Source of the DNA: an uncultured Lentimicrobiaceae bacterium
Lineage (GTDB): Bacteria > Bacteroidota > Bacteroidia > Bacteroidales > UBA4417
Reading direction: 5' to 3'
NCBI GenBank assembly: GCA_964544545.1
Contig: CAZJCG010000002.1
Location: 89,319 to 153,318, forward strand
DNA: 64,000 nucleotides
The notes beneath the pieces were generated by a model, which was not told the origin of the DNA, made no database searches, and was given only the letters and a program-made list of their open reading frames with translations. Positions 1 through 10,289 of the stretch are shown here, in pieces. Position 1 is the stretch's first letter. Each line of letters starts with the position of its first letter. A program made the translations under genes and the position numbers.

Positions 1-2368
1 TTGTAGAAGGATCGTCGCTCGCGATATAGTTGATCATATCCTGAAGTTCAACCCTCTCGTTAAGTTGCTGTGTATAGGCAACCACCTCATTCACGCCTTT
101 ATTATACTGGTCATACTTCAGCGTAAACGGAAGCGGATCCGACTCATAAATCTTCCTCATCAACTGGTGCACATACCAATCGCCGGAGGCGAGCATGAAA
201 TTCACCACCCTGACATCCCTGCGGATACCTTCCACCTCCTGAGCATACCAAAGCGGGAAAGTGTCGTTATCGCCGTTGGTGATCAGGATGGCATTGGGTG
301 CACACGATTCCAGGTAGTTCACTGCAAAGTCGCGGGCTGCATACTTGTGAGCACGGTTATGATCATCCCAGCCTTCCCTGGCCATGATACCAGGTACCAG
401 CAACAGACACACCAATGTAACTGCAATGGCAATTGCCTTTTCATTCAGCTTACGAAGCAATTCCCAGAGGCCGTAAACTCCGAAACCGATCCACACAGCA
501 AAAGCATAGAATGATCCGGCAAATGCATAATCACGTTCCCTGGGCTGGTATGGCGTAATGTTGAGGTACAATACGATGGCAATACCTGTCATGAAGAACA
601 ACGACAATACAACGAAAGCGCCTTTACTATGCTTTTTAAAATGATGATACAACCCGATCAGTCCTAACAGGAGTGGCAGCATATAGAACTTGTTCTTTGC
701 AGGATTCGACATGCTACTGGGCAGGTCTGTCTGGTCTCCCAGTCGGGGATTATCAATAAAAGGTATGCCGCTGATCCAGTTCCCGTAACGAATTCCGCCA
801 TGTCCCTCGATATCATTCTGCCTTCCCGAGAAATTCCACATGAAATACCGCATGTACATGTGTCCGATCTGGTAACGGAAGAAAAAGCGCACATTCTCAA
901 AAAGGGTGGGCTTATATAACGTTTCCGTCTTTCCTTCGTCGTTGGTATATTCAATGGGAACGCCCTTCACCTTTCCCCAGCTCTTATAAGCCTGAATATG
1001 ACTTTGTTTCTGGTTGCTCCACATACGGGGGAAAAGCATCTCGAAACGCTTGTCATAGTTGGGAACTGATCGTTTGCGGTCATCAGTTATTATATACTTA
1101 CCGGCTTTATCGTCCCTCACATAGATGGGAGTACCATCCGTATAAGGTTTGGATTGGTCAAGCGGGGTGTCGTAATACTGCCCGTAAACGGTGGGCCAGC
1201 TTCCATATTGTTCCCTGTTCAGGTAAGAAAGCAGGCTGACGGCATCGCTTGGATCATTCTCATTGATAGGAGTATTGGTATTGGCTCTGATCACGAGAAG
1301 GAAGAAAGATGAGTAGCCGATCAGGATAAAAGTCATCGACAACACAGTTGTATTAACAACCGATCGCAACTGACTCCTGTGCTTGCCGGATGCAGCACCT
1401 GTCTTATACCAGATGTAAGCACAAACAACAGCTACTACACCGATGAAACTGAGCCACGAGAAAATGGATAACAGCAGAAGAAGTATGCATCCGACAATGT
1501 ATTCGCCAACGGAATGCTGCTCGCGGTAAGTAAAACGTAAACTCCACAGGATGGTGCCAATCAGCACCAGAAAATAGAATATGGTTCCTGTATTGAACGG
1601 CAGCCCGAGTTCATTAACAAACATGATCTCATACTTGCCGGCGAGGTTCACTGTCCATGGAATGATCCAGAACATGATAAAGGCAAGGATAACAAAGGAT
1701 AAACCCAGTGCGACCAGCACGCCCTTCCAGGTAACCTTGCTGTAACGACGGTAGTAGAAAACAAGGGCAATTGCAGGGATAGCAAGGAGATTGAGCAGGT
1801 GAACACCGATGGACAGCCCGATCAGGAAAGCGATCAGAATGATCCACTTCAGGGAATGAGGCTGATCGTGCACCCGTTCCCATTTCAGGATAGCCCAGAA
1901 AACGATGGCCGTAAAGAAGGATGACATAGCGTAAACTTCACCTTCGACAGCCGAGAACCAGAATGAATCGCTGAAAGTATAAGCCAGTGCGCCAACCAGG
2001 CCACTGCCTATGATAGCAATCATTTCGCCCGTAGTCATCTCGGATTCCTTCACAAACTTCAGCCCCAGCATGGTGATCGTCCAGAAAAGGAAGAGAATGG
2101 TGAAAGCGCTGCACAGTGCGGACATGATGTTAACCATCATGGCCACTTTGCTTACATCACCAAATGCGAACAAGGAGAAAAACCTCCCCAGCAATTGAAA
2201 AAGCGGGGCTCCAGGGGGATGGCCAACCTGCAGTTTGAAGGCGGTTGAGATATATTCCCCACAGTCCCACCAGCTCGCAGTGGGCTCAATGGTCGACAGG
2301 TACACGAATGCCGAAACGGCAAAAGTTCCCCATCCAAAAATGTTATTCAGTTTCCTGAACTTTTCCAT
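1..2368 (-). CDS. DUF2723-type polytopic membrane protein (GT-C/PMT-like putative glycosyltransferase); C-terminus lies outside the window
   Basis: The frame stays open from ATG 2368-2366 to position 1, so it is absent from the ORF track, which apparently lists only closed ORFs. My translation starts MEKFRKLNNIFGWGTFAVSAFVYLSTIEPTASWWDCGEYISTAFKLQVGHPPGAPLFQLLGRFF and continues through many hydrophobic helices. This N-terminus matches my memory of Bacteroidota DUF2723 proteins. Confidence 0.7.
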   Translation of the reverse strand, partial: MEKFRKLNNIFGWGTFAVSAFVYLSTIEPTASWWDCGEYISTAFKLQVGHPPGAPLFQLLGRFFSLFAFGDVSKVAMMVNIMSALCSAFTILFLFWTITMLGLKFVKESEMTTGEMIAIIGSGLVGALAYTFSDSFWFSAVEGEVYAMSSFFTAIVFWAILKWERVHDQPHSLKWIILIAFLIGLSIGVHLLNLLAIPAIALVFYYRRYSKVTWKGVLVALGLSFVILAFIMFWIIPWTVNLAGKYEIMFVNELGLPFNTGTIFYFLVLIGTILWSLRFTYREQHSVGEYIVGCILLLLLSIFSWLSFIGVVAVVCAYIWYKTGAASGKHRSQLRSVVNTTVLSMTFILIGYSSFFLLVIRANTNTPINENDPSDAVSLLSYLNREQYGSWPTVYGQYYDTPLDQSKPYTDGTPIYVRDDKAGKYIITDDRKRSVPNYDKRFEMLFPRMWSNQKQSHIQAYKSWGKVKGVPIEYTNDEGKTETLYKPTLFENVRFFFRYQIGHMYMRYFMWNFSGRQNDIEGHGGIRYGNWISGIPFIDNPRLGDQTDLPSSMSNPAKNKFYMLPLLLGLIGLYHHFKKHSKGAFVVLSLFFMTGIAIVLYLNITPYQPRERDYAFAGSFYAFAVWIGFGVYGLWELLRKLNEKAIAIAVTLVCLLLVPGIMAREGWDDHNRAHKYAARDFAVNYLESCAPNAILITNGDNDTFPLWYAQEVEGIRRDVRVVNFMLASGDWYVHQLMRKIYESDPLPFTLKYDQYNKGVNEVVAYTQQLNERVELQDMINYIASDDPST

Positions 2369-2688
2369 GAAAAAGGTTTTAATAATATTGGTGAATTGAG
2401 GGACGAAATTAACCAATTTATAGAGAAATTGGCCAGACGTACTTGTTTTTAGTATTTGTTATGATATCCCACCGGTATGTAATGATGGTGTGGAGTACCC
2501 AATTTTAGATTTCGGGCTGTAAAGATGCCCTGAAATTTCACCCCACATGTGAAAATTACACCCCCGAATGGCTCTTTTGATCCCTTCCCGTAACCTGAAG
2601 TCCCAAAAAATTGAAGAGCACTTCCGGATGAAATTACTTTGCATGCAAATCATCCCCGGGACAGCCTCCGGCCAGAAAATCAAGAATT

Positions 2689-3903
2689 ATGCAGACGTTC
2701 GAACGAAATTACAGAAAACAGCAAAACAGGCAGCCTGCATTCTCATATGCTGACAGCAACAGGTTCCTGAAAGGCCGGTTCGAACAGGGAGGCATGGAAG
2801 AACCGGGTGCCGGAATGAGTACTTCATGCAGGATGATTCCTTTCCGGTCCGATAACATTATTCAATTCCCGATGAGGAATTATTCATTGAATGCTATTCA
2901 TGAATGGGAATTGGATAATGACAACCTCATCACTGAGAATACCTCTTTCTCCTATCCGGTTTTTCTCCCCGGTGATCCTAAGGATATACGAAAGGCTATC
3001 CTCTTACTGCATGGTCTGAATGAACGAAACTGGAATAAATACCTGGTCTGGGCACAATACCTGGCCGAACATACCGGCAATGCCGTTATACTCTTTCCAT
3101 TCGCATTTCATATCAACCGTTCGCCGAAGGACTGGGCAAACCCTCGTGCCATGACCCGCCTGATGGATATCAGGAAACAGCGGTTTGGAGAATCTGCCAT
3201 GTCCACTTGTGTCAACGCTGCGCTGAGCGAAAGACTGACCACTGATCCTCTTCGCTTCTACTCATCCGGAGTACAGAGCGCCAACGATCTGTTAACCTTG
3301 TGCAGGCAATTAAAGTCCGGGCAACACCCCCTGCTTCCGGAAGTCAGGTCGTTTGATTTCTTTGCTTATTCCATCGGGGCATTCCTTGGGCAGATCATGT
3401 TCCTGGCCAATCCTGACAGGATACTGGACGATTCCCGCCTGTTCCTGTTTTGCGGAGGCGCCCTGTTCAGCCAGATGAACGGAGTCTCCCGCCTGATCAT
3501 GGACCAGCAGGCTTTCAATACGCTGTACCGTTTCTATCTTCATGATCTGCCTCACGAAGAAAAGAACTTACCGGAACTGGCCGAATCGCTAAACCACACT
3601 GAACTTGGGCTCAGTTTCAAGTCGATGCTTGCCGAACACTCACTTCAATCGTTTCGCCAAGAACGCTACAAGGCTTTGAAAGAAAACATCGTTGCCTTTA
3701 CCATCCGAAACGACCATGTAATTCCGGCAGAAGCTGTCAAAAGTTTATTGACTGAATTTATTCCGGTTAAGATTCTGGATTTTCCGGAACAGGCGAACCA
3801 TGAGAATCCTTTCCCAACGTCTCCGGCCGATATCTCTCCCCGGGTTGACAGATGTTTTCAGGATGTTTTCTCGAAGGCAGTAGACTTTTTTAACGGCAGA
3901 TAA
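2689..3903 (+). CDS. alpha/beta-hydrolase-fold protein of unknown specificity
   Basis: ORF track. The motifs LLLHGLNERNW, nucleophile elbow AYSIGA, and later NDHVIP and NHENPF fit a Ser-Asp-His triad. The first 45-60 aa look unconserved, so the true start may be an internal ATG (2794, 2815, 2833 or 2872). A TTACTTTG near-consensus -7 box lies at 2634-2641. Confidence 0.6.
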   Translation: MQTFERNYRKQQNRQPAFSYADSNRFLKGRFEQGGMEEPGAGMSTSCRMIPFRSDNIIQFPMRNYSLNAIHEWELDNDNLITENTSFSYPVFLPGDPKDIRKAILLLHGLNERNWNKYLVWAQYLAEHTGNAVILFPFAFHINRSPKDWANPRAMTRLMDIRKQRFGESAMSTCVNAALSERLTTDPLRFYSSGVQSANDLLTLCRQLKSGQHPLLPEVRSFDFFAYSIGAFLGQIMFLANPDRILDDSRLFLFCGGALFSQMNGVSRLIMDQQAFNTLYRFYLHDLPHEEKNLPELAESLNHTELGLSFKSMLAEHSLQSFRQERYKALKENIVAFTIRNDHVIPAEAVKSLLTEFIPVKILDFPEQANHENPFPTSPADISPRVDRCFQDVFSKAVDFFNGR

Positions 3904-5323
3904 TCACCTTTGTGCCGGATGTCCTGCTCCTGCCTGTAAGTGTCAGATGATAAACTCCCGGAGTGAGGTCATTCATGGTTAGCCTGCAGGGGTTTCCCCT
4001 TACTGTCGTGACTTTTACCGTCCTGCCGGAGGCGTCCAGAATACTGAGTGTGGCCTCAGGTTCTGTCCTTAAGATATCCGATTCAATAGTAATCTTTCCG
4101 CCGGAAGGGTTCGGATATACTCTCACAGTGACACTTTCTGCAGGGTTGTCTTCCAGCCGTGTTATAATACCGCTTTCAAGGCCCGTATCGCATTTCCTGA
4201 CCCGGTGAGCAAGGAACCAACAGCGGGTCCATACTTTTTCGGTATAATAAATGAAAACGCTGTCGTTAAAAACCACGGGTTCCGGATCAACCCTTACCAT
4301 TTCGATGCTATCGCTCACCCTGCGCATCAGCGGGTAATCCGGATTAATGGAAGCGATCCATATCTGGGCCGGAAGCAGATCCAATCCCATTGAAGACTGT
4401 GCAGCCATAAAAGAAACGTACGAGCGCCCGTCGAATATGAAGGATTCCGGTGAAGTGATATAATCATAAGGCTCGGGGAGAGGACTGTCGAAGGAATTAT
4501 ACAGTTCCCATTGCCCTTCGGATACTTCCCTGAAAACTTTCAGCGTTTTATAGTTGTTTGTCCTGTACATGAACAGGCGGGAGTTCGTTTCCGGATCGTT
4601 CCACATAGCCGGGGCTCCGATGGTATCGTTCGATATCTGGGTAAAAAAAGGCAGTGTTGCAGCAACTTCTACATATCCGGGTTGCCGCGAATGATTGATC
4701 GCACAACATATCTGCTGATCATCATCCGCAAAAAAACCAAGCGTGATATCAGGATAAAAATAGCAGGTATTCAGGTCGTTGCTTCGCACCCATCTAATCC
4801 CGTCATTCGACACCGACTCAAAAAGGAACACTCCGGAACTGTCGGTATAGTTGTGTGTAGCCATGGCGTATAGGGCTCCGGGGTACTGCATCAAGGTTGA
4901 CGAATTCCACCCTCCTAAAACCTTTGTGGCAAGCCCCGGGTACCGGACACCTCCTTTCTTCTGGTTATAGACTATTTGTGTACAACCTTTGCTAAGCATC
5001 CATTCAGGACCATTCCATCCGCCGGGACCCGGGTAAGTCAGATCATAATCCACCTGTATACCCTTCCCATCCGATGGAACGTAACAATGTGTAACGGGAT
5101 CGAGGCCGCATACCCAGAGTTCTCCCTCAGCCGACTGCCAGCAGACACTGTTCAGCGGAACGTTGTATTCCGGATCAATGATGTTGGCCCCCGGATCTGC
5201 TGCCAGGACATCTTTTACTATGAACGGAGTCTGACAATAAACGCGCAATGTAAGTGACGCAATTGTCAGAATCAATACAATCAATGGCCTAATCATGTTA
5301 ATCAAGGAATTATAAGCATACAA
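3890..5323 (-). CDS. secreted protein of unknown function with type A T9SS C-terminal sorting domain
   Basis: Signal peptide MIRPLIVLILTIASLTLRVYCQ, so the start is probably ATG 5296. The C-terminus VRVYPNPSGGKITIES...GVYHLTLTG...KVII is the Por/T9SS CTD pattern. It overlaps the stop of 2689..3903 by 14 nt in convergent orientation. Confidence 0.7.
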   Translation of the reverse strand: MYAYNSLINMIRPLIVLILTIASLTLRVYCQTPFIVKDVLAADPGANIIDPEYNVPLNSVCWQSAEGELWVCGLDPVTHCYVPSDGKGIQVDYDLTYPGPGGWNGPEWMLSKGCTQIVYNQKKGGVRYPGLATKVLGGWNSSTLMQYPGALYAMATHNYTDSSGVFLFESVSNDGIRWVRSNDLNTCYFYPDITLGFFADDDQQICCAINHSRQPGYVEVAATLPFFTQISNDTIGAPAMWNDPETNSRLFMYRTNNYKTLKVFREVSEGQWELYNSFDSPLPEPYDYITSPESFIFDGRSYVSFMAAQSSMGLDLLPAQIWIASINPDYPLMRRVSDSIEMVRVDPEPVVFNDSVFIYYTEKVWTRCWFLAHRVRKCDTGLESGIITRLEDNPAESVTVRVYPNPSGGKITIESDILRTEPEATLSILDASGRTVKVTTVRGNPCRLTMNDLTPGVYHLTLTGRSRTSGTKVIICR

Positions 5324-5340
5324 GAGTCAACATCCAGGTA

Positions 5341-6708
5341 TTACCTGAAAAGAATGGTAAAAACATCTTCTATCTTTCCGACACCGGTAATCTCAATATT
5401 CCACTTATCTGCTTTCAATCCTTTCAGGTTATATTTGGAAACTACAATACGCCGGAAGCCGAGTTTTTCCGCTTCCGAAACTCTCTGTTCAATACGGTTA
5501 ACCGGACGAATTTCACCGGAGAGGCCTACTTCCGCTGCAAAACAAACGTGCTGATCAAGGGGACGATCTTCTCCTGATGAAAGTATGGCGCTGATAACGG
5601 CCAGGTCCATGGCGGGGTCATCCACCCGGATACCACCTGCAATATTAAGAAATACATCTTTTACACCCAAACGAAAGCCGCATCGTTTTTCGAGCACTGC
5701 CAACAACATATTCAAACGGCGGGTGTCGAATCCGGTACAACTTCGCTGGGGTGTCCCATAGGCTGCGGTGCTGACAAGTGCCTGGGTTTCGATCATCATG
5801 GGCCTGATTCCCTCAATCGTAGAGGCTACCGCGACCCCGCTCACCTCTTCTTCTCGCTGCGATAACAAGATCTCAGAAGGATTGTTAACCTCCCGCAGGC
5901 CATTGTCACGCATCTCGAAGATTCCGAGTTCAGATGCAGAACCGAAACGGTTCTTAATGGCACGCAGAATCCTGTAACCGTAATTCCGGTCGCCTTCGAA
6001 CTGCAACACGGTGTCAACCATGTGCTCCAATATCTTGGGGCCGGCCAGCGAGCCATCCTTGGTAATATGCCCGACCAGGAATACGGGTACCCCAGTGGTT
6101 TTGGCATATCGCTGCATCTCAGCAGCCGTTTCACGGATTTGTGAGATGCTGCCTGAGGAGGATTCGATGGTATCGGATTGTAGCGTCTGTATTGAGTCGA
6201 TGACAACCATTCCGGGCTGGACCGATTCCAGGTGTTGGAATATGGACTGAGTATTTGTTTCTGTAAGGATATAACAATCAGGATCGGAATAGCCGATACG
6301 GTCGGCGCGCATGCGGATCTGCTGGTCGCTTTCTTCCCCCGAAATATAAAGCACCCTTCGTCCATTCATTTGCAAGGCTACCTGTAGCATCAGTGTGGAT
6401 TTCCCTATCCCCGGCTCTCCGCCGACCAGGATCAACGAACCATCAACCAGTCCTCCGCCCAGCACACGGTCCAGTTCGGCACTGCCGGTAGTTATCCGCC
6501 GCTCATTCCCCTGACTGATCTCATCGATCCTCTTAGGCTTGTTTTCAGTCACCCTGAAATTCCCTGAGGATTTTTTGACGGGATCATTCCGCTGGATCAC
6601 TTCCTCGACAAAAGTATTCCATTCGCCACACGACGGACATCTGCCCATCCATTTAGGAGCCTGGGCACCACAACTCTGACAGAAAAAACTGGTCTTGACC
6701 TTGGACAT
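5341..6708 (-). CDS. radA: DNA repair protein RadA/Sms
   Basis: N-terminal zinc finger CQSCGAQAPKWMGRCPSCGEWNTF, Walker A GGEPGIGKST, the KNRFG motif and a Lon-like C-terminal domain. Confidence 0.95.
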   Translation of the reverse strand: MSKVKTSFFCQSCGAQAPKWMGRCPSCGEWNTFVEEVIQRNDPVKKSSGNFRVTENKPKRIDEISQGNERRITTGSAELDRVLGGGLVDGSLILVGGEPGIGKSTLMLQVALQMNGRRVLYISGEESDQQIRMRADRIGYSDPDCYILTETNTQSIFQHLESVQPGMVVIDSIQTLQSDTIESSSGSISQIRETAAEMQRYAKTTGVPVFLVGHITKDGSLAGPKILEHMVDTVLQFEGDRNYGYRILRAIKNRFGSASELGIFEMRDNGLREVNNPSEILLSQREEEVSGVAVASTIEGIRPMMIETQALVSTAAYGTPQRSCTGFDTRRLNMLLAVLEKRCGFRLGVKDVFLNIAGGIRVDDPAMDLAVISAILSSGEDRPLDQHVCFAAEVGLSGEIRPVNRIEQRVSEAEKLGFRRIVVSKYNLKGLKADKWNIEITGVGKIEDVFTILFR

Positions 6709-6906
6709 GGCGTAAAAATATAAAAATCATTCTTACCGATGTTCCATTTTCCCGCTATCCGGAGGACAACCGGCAGATAATATATACTGAGCAAGTTATG
6801 AAGAGTAAATTGTGACCCGAAGGGTCCCTCCGAAGGAGGGTAAACCTGTTCAGCCGCAGTATAAACAGAACGGTGACAGGTCAGCGAATCACTGACCCAG
6901 ACAGAA

Positions 6907-7401
6907 TCACTTTCTGATCCTTGCTTCAATAGCTGATGTTGAGTAGCCTTCCAGGTATTCGAGCGTTACCACCTTGCCATCGTTATCCTTGACCACATCA
7001 TATCCAACGATTTCTTCAGGTTTGTAATCAGCTCCTTTCACGAGCACATCCGGTTTTACCAGGCTTATCAGTTCATAAGGAGTATCTTCACCAAAGAAAA
7101 CCACGGCATCCACAAAGCGTAACGAAGCAAGCAACATGGCCCTGGAAGTTTCGTCCTGGATAGGACGGTTGCCGCCTTTCAACCGGCGTACAGACTCATC
7201 CGTATTGAGCCCGACCACCAGTACCTGACCCAGCTCGGCTGCCTTAGCCAGGTAATCAATATGTCCGAGATGAAGGATATCAAAACATCCATTGGTAAAT
7301 ACGACCCGGAGGTCTTTAAATCTCCAGCAGGCCAGCAGACGGTCGAAATCTTTATCACCGCGGCTGAAAATCCTGGAACGGATCTGTTCAAGCTTGTTCA
7401 T
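6907..7401 (-). CDS. rfaE2: D-glycero-beta-D-manno-heptose 1-phosphate adenylyltransferase (RfaE domain II type cytidylyltransferase)
   Basis: FTNGCFDILHLGHIDYL (HxGH nucleotidyltransferase motif) and a size of about 164 aa. I chose start ATG 7401 (MNKLEQIRSRIF) because the longer ORF runs into the upstream gene. Confidence 0.8.
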   Translation of the reverse strand: MNKLEQIRSRIFSRGDKDFDRLLACWRFKDLRVVFTNGCFDILHLGHIDYLAKAAELGQVLVVGLNTDESVRRLKGGNRPIQDETSRAMLLASLRFVDAVVFFGEDTPYELISLVKPDVLVKGADYKPEEIVGYDVVKDNDGKVVTLEYLEGYSTSAIEARIRK

Positions 7402-8410
7402 CCTTTGTATTCTTTGTGATGATGGGTAATACAATGAGCGACAGCACTCCCAGCAAAATAATCGTGATCGTCTGGGAACTCCATATCAACCAACCGAGGG
7501 CATAGCCTTTAGTCGCTTCGACGGAATAGAGGAAAAGCGTTTCGGCAACAATTGCCGGATAAATCCCAATCCCGCCCTGAACGAGCATGATCCCGATTGT
7601 GCCGAAGACCAACGTGGCCAAGCCGGCATCAATACCAAGGTGAGCAGTTTCAGGAAAGCTGAAAAAGACGAAATAGGCCATCAGTAAATACAACAGCCAG
7701 ATCAGAAGCGAATAAAGGACAAACAACCAAATCTTGTCAACCTTCAGAAGCGATTTCATCCCTTCGACAAAGCCCAGCACCAATGCCTTTATTTTCAGGT
7801 AGAGCCGGTTCCTCAGGATCTGTTTGCGGAAAATCAGGAATAGCAATGCAAAAAAGACTATGCCTCCGAGAAGAAGGAGGCTGATACTGCCGGAAAGGTT
7901 TGTGCTGAGATGCAACTTCGCTTCAATCGGACGGTATATTTTGAGCTCGATGTATTCAGAGAGTTTCCCGAACTGAAGTGCCAGGTTTAATAAGAAAAGA
8001 AGCACAAATGTTATCAGATCGATGGCCCTTTCGGTAATTACGGTACCGAATGACTTGGTGAAAGGCACTTTCTCGTACTTCGTCAGAATGGTGCAACGGG
8101 TCACTTCTCCGAGCCTGGGTAAAGCCAGATTTGCCAGGTAGCCTACCATAACGGCGAAAAAAGTATTGCGCTTCCCCGGGTCATATCCCAGTGGAACGAT
8201 CAGCATCTTCCAGCGTATCGCCCGGAGGTAATGTGCAAATACACCCAGGATGATCGCAAACCCGATCCACCAATAGTTTGCCCGTCCGAATGACTTCAGT
8301 ATTTCGGTCTTCTGATCCGCTGACAGGTTTCTTAGAAATAACCAGATAAACAGAACCCCAATGCCGAAGAACAGGGTGAACCGGGCAACGGCTACAAGTT
8401 TGCTTTTCAA
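7388..8410 (-). CDS. flippase-like / lysylphosphatidylglycerol-synthase transmembrane-domain family membrane protein
   Basis: 340 aa with about 8 hydrophobic helices. The overall pattern matches the UPF0104/LPG_synthase_TM family as I remember it. No catalytic domain is attached. Confidence 0.6.
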   Translation of the reverse strand: MKSKLVAVARFTLFFGIGVLFIWLFLRNLSADQKTEILKSFGRANYWWIGFAIILGVFAHYLRAIRWKMLIVPLGYDPGKRNTFFAVMVGYLANLALPRLGEVTRCTILTKYEKVPFTKSFGTVITERAIDLITFVLLFLLNLALQFGKLSEYIELKIYRPIEAKLHLSTNLSGSISLLLLGGIVFFALLFLIFRKQILRNRLYLKIKALVLGFVEGMKSLLKVDKIWLFVLYSLLIWLLYLLMAYFVFFSFPETAHLGIDAGLATLVFGTIGIMLVQGGIGIYPAIVAETLFLYSVEATKGYALGWLIWSSQTITIILLGVLSLIVLPIITKNTKDEQA

Positions 8411-8416
8411 GACAAA

Positions 8417-8764
8417 TTATCGGTTTTTATTTGATGAATCCGGGAATACAATTGAAGGTTTGAATTTCTTAGCTTCTTCAAAATCCATTTGGGCAAATGC
8501 TGCGATGATCACGAGGTCGCCGGGATGTGCCTTCCGTGCGGCGGCGCCGTTCAAAGATATAACCCCGGATCCGCGCTCTCCTTTGATTACATAGGTTTCA
8601 AGTCGCTCCCCATTATTGATGTTGACAACCTGCACCTTTTCAAACTCAATCAGATTGGCAGCATCCATAAGGTCTTCATCAACGGATATCGAACCGATAT
8701 AGTTCAGGTTTGCCTGGGTAACGGTCGCCCTGTGTATCTTCGATTTCAGAATCTCAATTATCAT
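8417..8764 (-). CDS. panD: aspartate 1-decarboxylase
   Basis: [29 protein letters not shown] contains the Gly-Ser self-processing site. Start ATG 8764 gives the canonical ~115 aa protein; the longer ORF to 8878 would overlap panC. Confidence 0.93.
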   Translation of the reverse strand: MIIEILKSKIHRATVTQANLNYIGSISVDEDLMDAANLIEFEKVQVVNINNGERLETYVIKGERGSGVISLNGAAARKAHPGDLVIIAAFAQMDFEEAKKFKPSIVFPDSSNKNR

Positions 8765-8820
8765 GCAGCAAAAGTACGAATTATTCTGCTTGGATGTGAC
8801 TGCATCAATTCTCGCAACTC

Positions 8821-9663
8821 TTAAAACAGCCTGATGTTGTCGATCAGCCGCACCTGCCCCAGATATACCGCCACACAAATGACAGCATGCTGTACATCGT
8901 CCCAGTCGTCAAAGGAATTTAGCGTGTCAGCATCAACAACGCTGGCGTATTCCACCCTGAACCGCTGATCTTCTTCAATCTCCCCGATCACCATTTTTGC
9001 CACTCCTTCGGGGCTAAACCAGGAGTAATTTTCCTGAGCTTTTCGCAAGGCAAGGTAAATGGAAGGAGCTACAGATCTTTCCTCCCCGGTAAGCCGTGCA
9101 TTCCTGGAACTCATGGCAAGCCCGTCCGGCTCACGCACAATCGGGCATGCAACAATGGTGACTGCCATTTTCAATGCCTTCACCATGTGCCGGATGATGG
9201 CCAGTTGCTGAAAATCTTTCTCACCAAAATATGCATAATCAGGTTCAACGATATCCAACAGTTTCTTCACGATCACACCCACTCCCCTGAAATGACCTGG
9301 CCGGAAAGTCCCTTCCATCACCTGGTCGAGCCCTCCGAAATCAAATTCGGTATGATCGGGCTCCGGATACATCTCCTCCACCGATGGCGCAAAGATGGCC
9401 GAACAGGGAGTATTGCTCAGCTTACGGGTATCTTCCTCCAGGTTCCGGGGATATTTCTCCAGGTCTTCTTTATTGTTGAACTGGACAGGATTCACGAAAA
9501 TGCTGACAATCACCACTTCATTGTCACTCCCTGCCGTCCTCACCAGTTCAAGGTGCCCCTCGTGCAAAGCTCCCATGGTGGGCACAAAGCCTACCTTCTT
9601 CCCTGCCGATTTACAGGACATTACATAAGCCCTCAGATCCGCTATTGTATGAAAGACTAACAT
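8821..9663 (-). CDS. panC: pantoate--beta-alanine ligase
   Basis: [18 protein letters not shown] (HxGH) and 280 aa, directly upstream of panD. Confidence 0.95.
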   Translation of the reverse strand: MLVFHTIADLRAYVMSCKSAGKKVGFVPTMGALHEGHLELVRTAGSDNEVVIVSIFVNPVQFNNKEDLEKYPRNLEEDTRKLSNTPCSAIFAPSVEEMYPEPDHTEFDFGGLDQVMEGTFRPGHFRGVGVIVKKLLDIVEPDYAYFGEKDFQQLAIIRHMVKALKMAVTIVACPIVREPDGLAMSSRNARLTGEERSVAPSIYLALRKAQENYSWFSPEGVAKMVIGEIEEDQRFRVEYASVVDADTLNSFDDWDDVQHAVICVAVYLGQVRLIDNIRLF

Positions 9664-9713
9664 CGCAATTTGTTTTAAATCAATATTCTTCTCCGCCGTG
9701 AAGAGGTTCGCCG

Positions 9714-10229
9714 TTACTTAGGACTGATTATCTTCAGGATATCCTTCTCGATAAGGTCAGCCGGGACTTCAACGATCCGCCCCAATTCCTTTTTCTTTTT
9801 GTAAATGATGAATGTCGGCACCCGGTCGATCTTTAAAGCTTCAAGTCCTTTGACCGGCGCTTTCTTTTGATGGTCCACACAGATCAGCTTTAATTTACTG
9901 TAATCAAACCCGGCCTGGTCCATGACCTTATAGAAACGGGGCACCCAATCCTTGCTGTCACCGCACCAGGTACCCATCACAACGGTTATTCTGATTTTAT
10001 TCAGTTTTCCCTTGAGCATTCCTAAAGTGGCCGCATCCGGCTGATACAAAGCATACTCCGCTTTATACACGGAGTCAAAATCACTTTTTATCAAAGTGAA
10101 TCCGTCACGATTGCAGAGCCCTACCAGCATTTCATTGTTGCGTTTCTCATCCTGAGCCTTCTGGTTCAGGCTCTGTGCCTGTATAAACAGGGGGAAGAGC
10201 AGGCTTAGCAGCACTAATGTCCTTTGCAT
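9714..10229 (-). CDS. secreted thioredoxin-fold protein
   Basis: Signal peptide MQRTLVLLSLLFPLFIQAQS and a GTWCGDS (CxxS) thioredoxin-like motif. Confidence 0.75.
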   Translation of the reverse strand: MQRTLVLLSLLFPLFIQAQSLNQKAQDEKRNNEMLVGLCNRDGFTLIKSDFDSVYKAEYALYQPDAATLGMLKGKLNKIRITVVMGTWCGDSKDWVPRFYKVMDQAGFDYSKLKLICVDHQKKAPVKGLEALKIDRVPTFIIYKKKKELGRIVEVPADLIEKDILKIISPK

Positions 10230-10264
10230 GGTTTACGATATTTTAGCGTGTATTTTTAAGACTG

Positions 10265-10272
10265 CAAAGTTA
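10265..10272 (-). promoter_or_regulatory. -7 box TAACTTTG upstream of the thioredoxin-fold gene
   Basis: Perfect match on the minus strand, 36 nt before ATG 10229. Confidence 0.45.
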
Positions 10273-10289
10273 TAAACAGTCAGGCATGC

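Noticed and set aside
65-514. 149-aa plus-strand ORF at the window start
   Set aside because: It is antisense to the open DUF2723 reading frame, and its composition is His/Ile/Cys-rich junk.
5841-6365. 174-aa same-strand alternative-frame ORF inside radA
   Set aside because: The radA frame is intact and conserved throughout. The overlapping frame has no signal of its own.
8765-8878. 5' extensions of several track ORFs (panD to 8878, gap from 36484, relA/spoT from 40274, yebC-family to 30903, fldA from 11981, infB to 47913, M28 from 17835)
   Set aside because: In each case the conserved family N-terminus begins at an internal ATG. The extension either starts at TTG/GTG, overlaps the neighbouring gene, or contains a perfect -7 promoter box.
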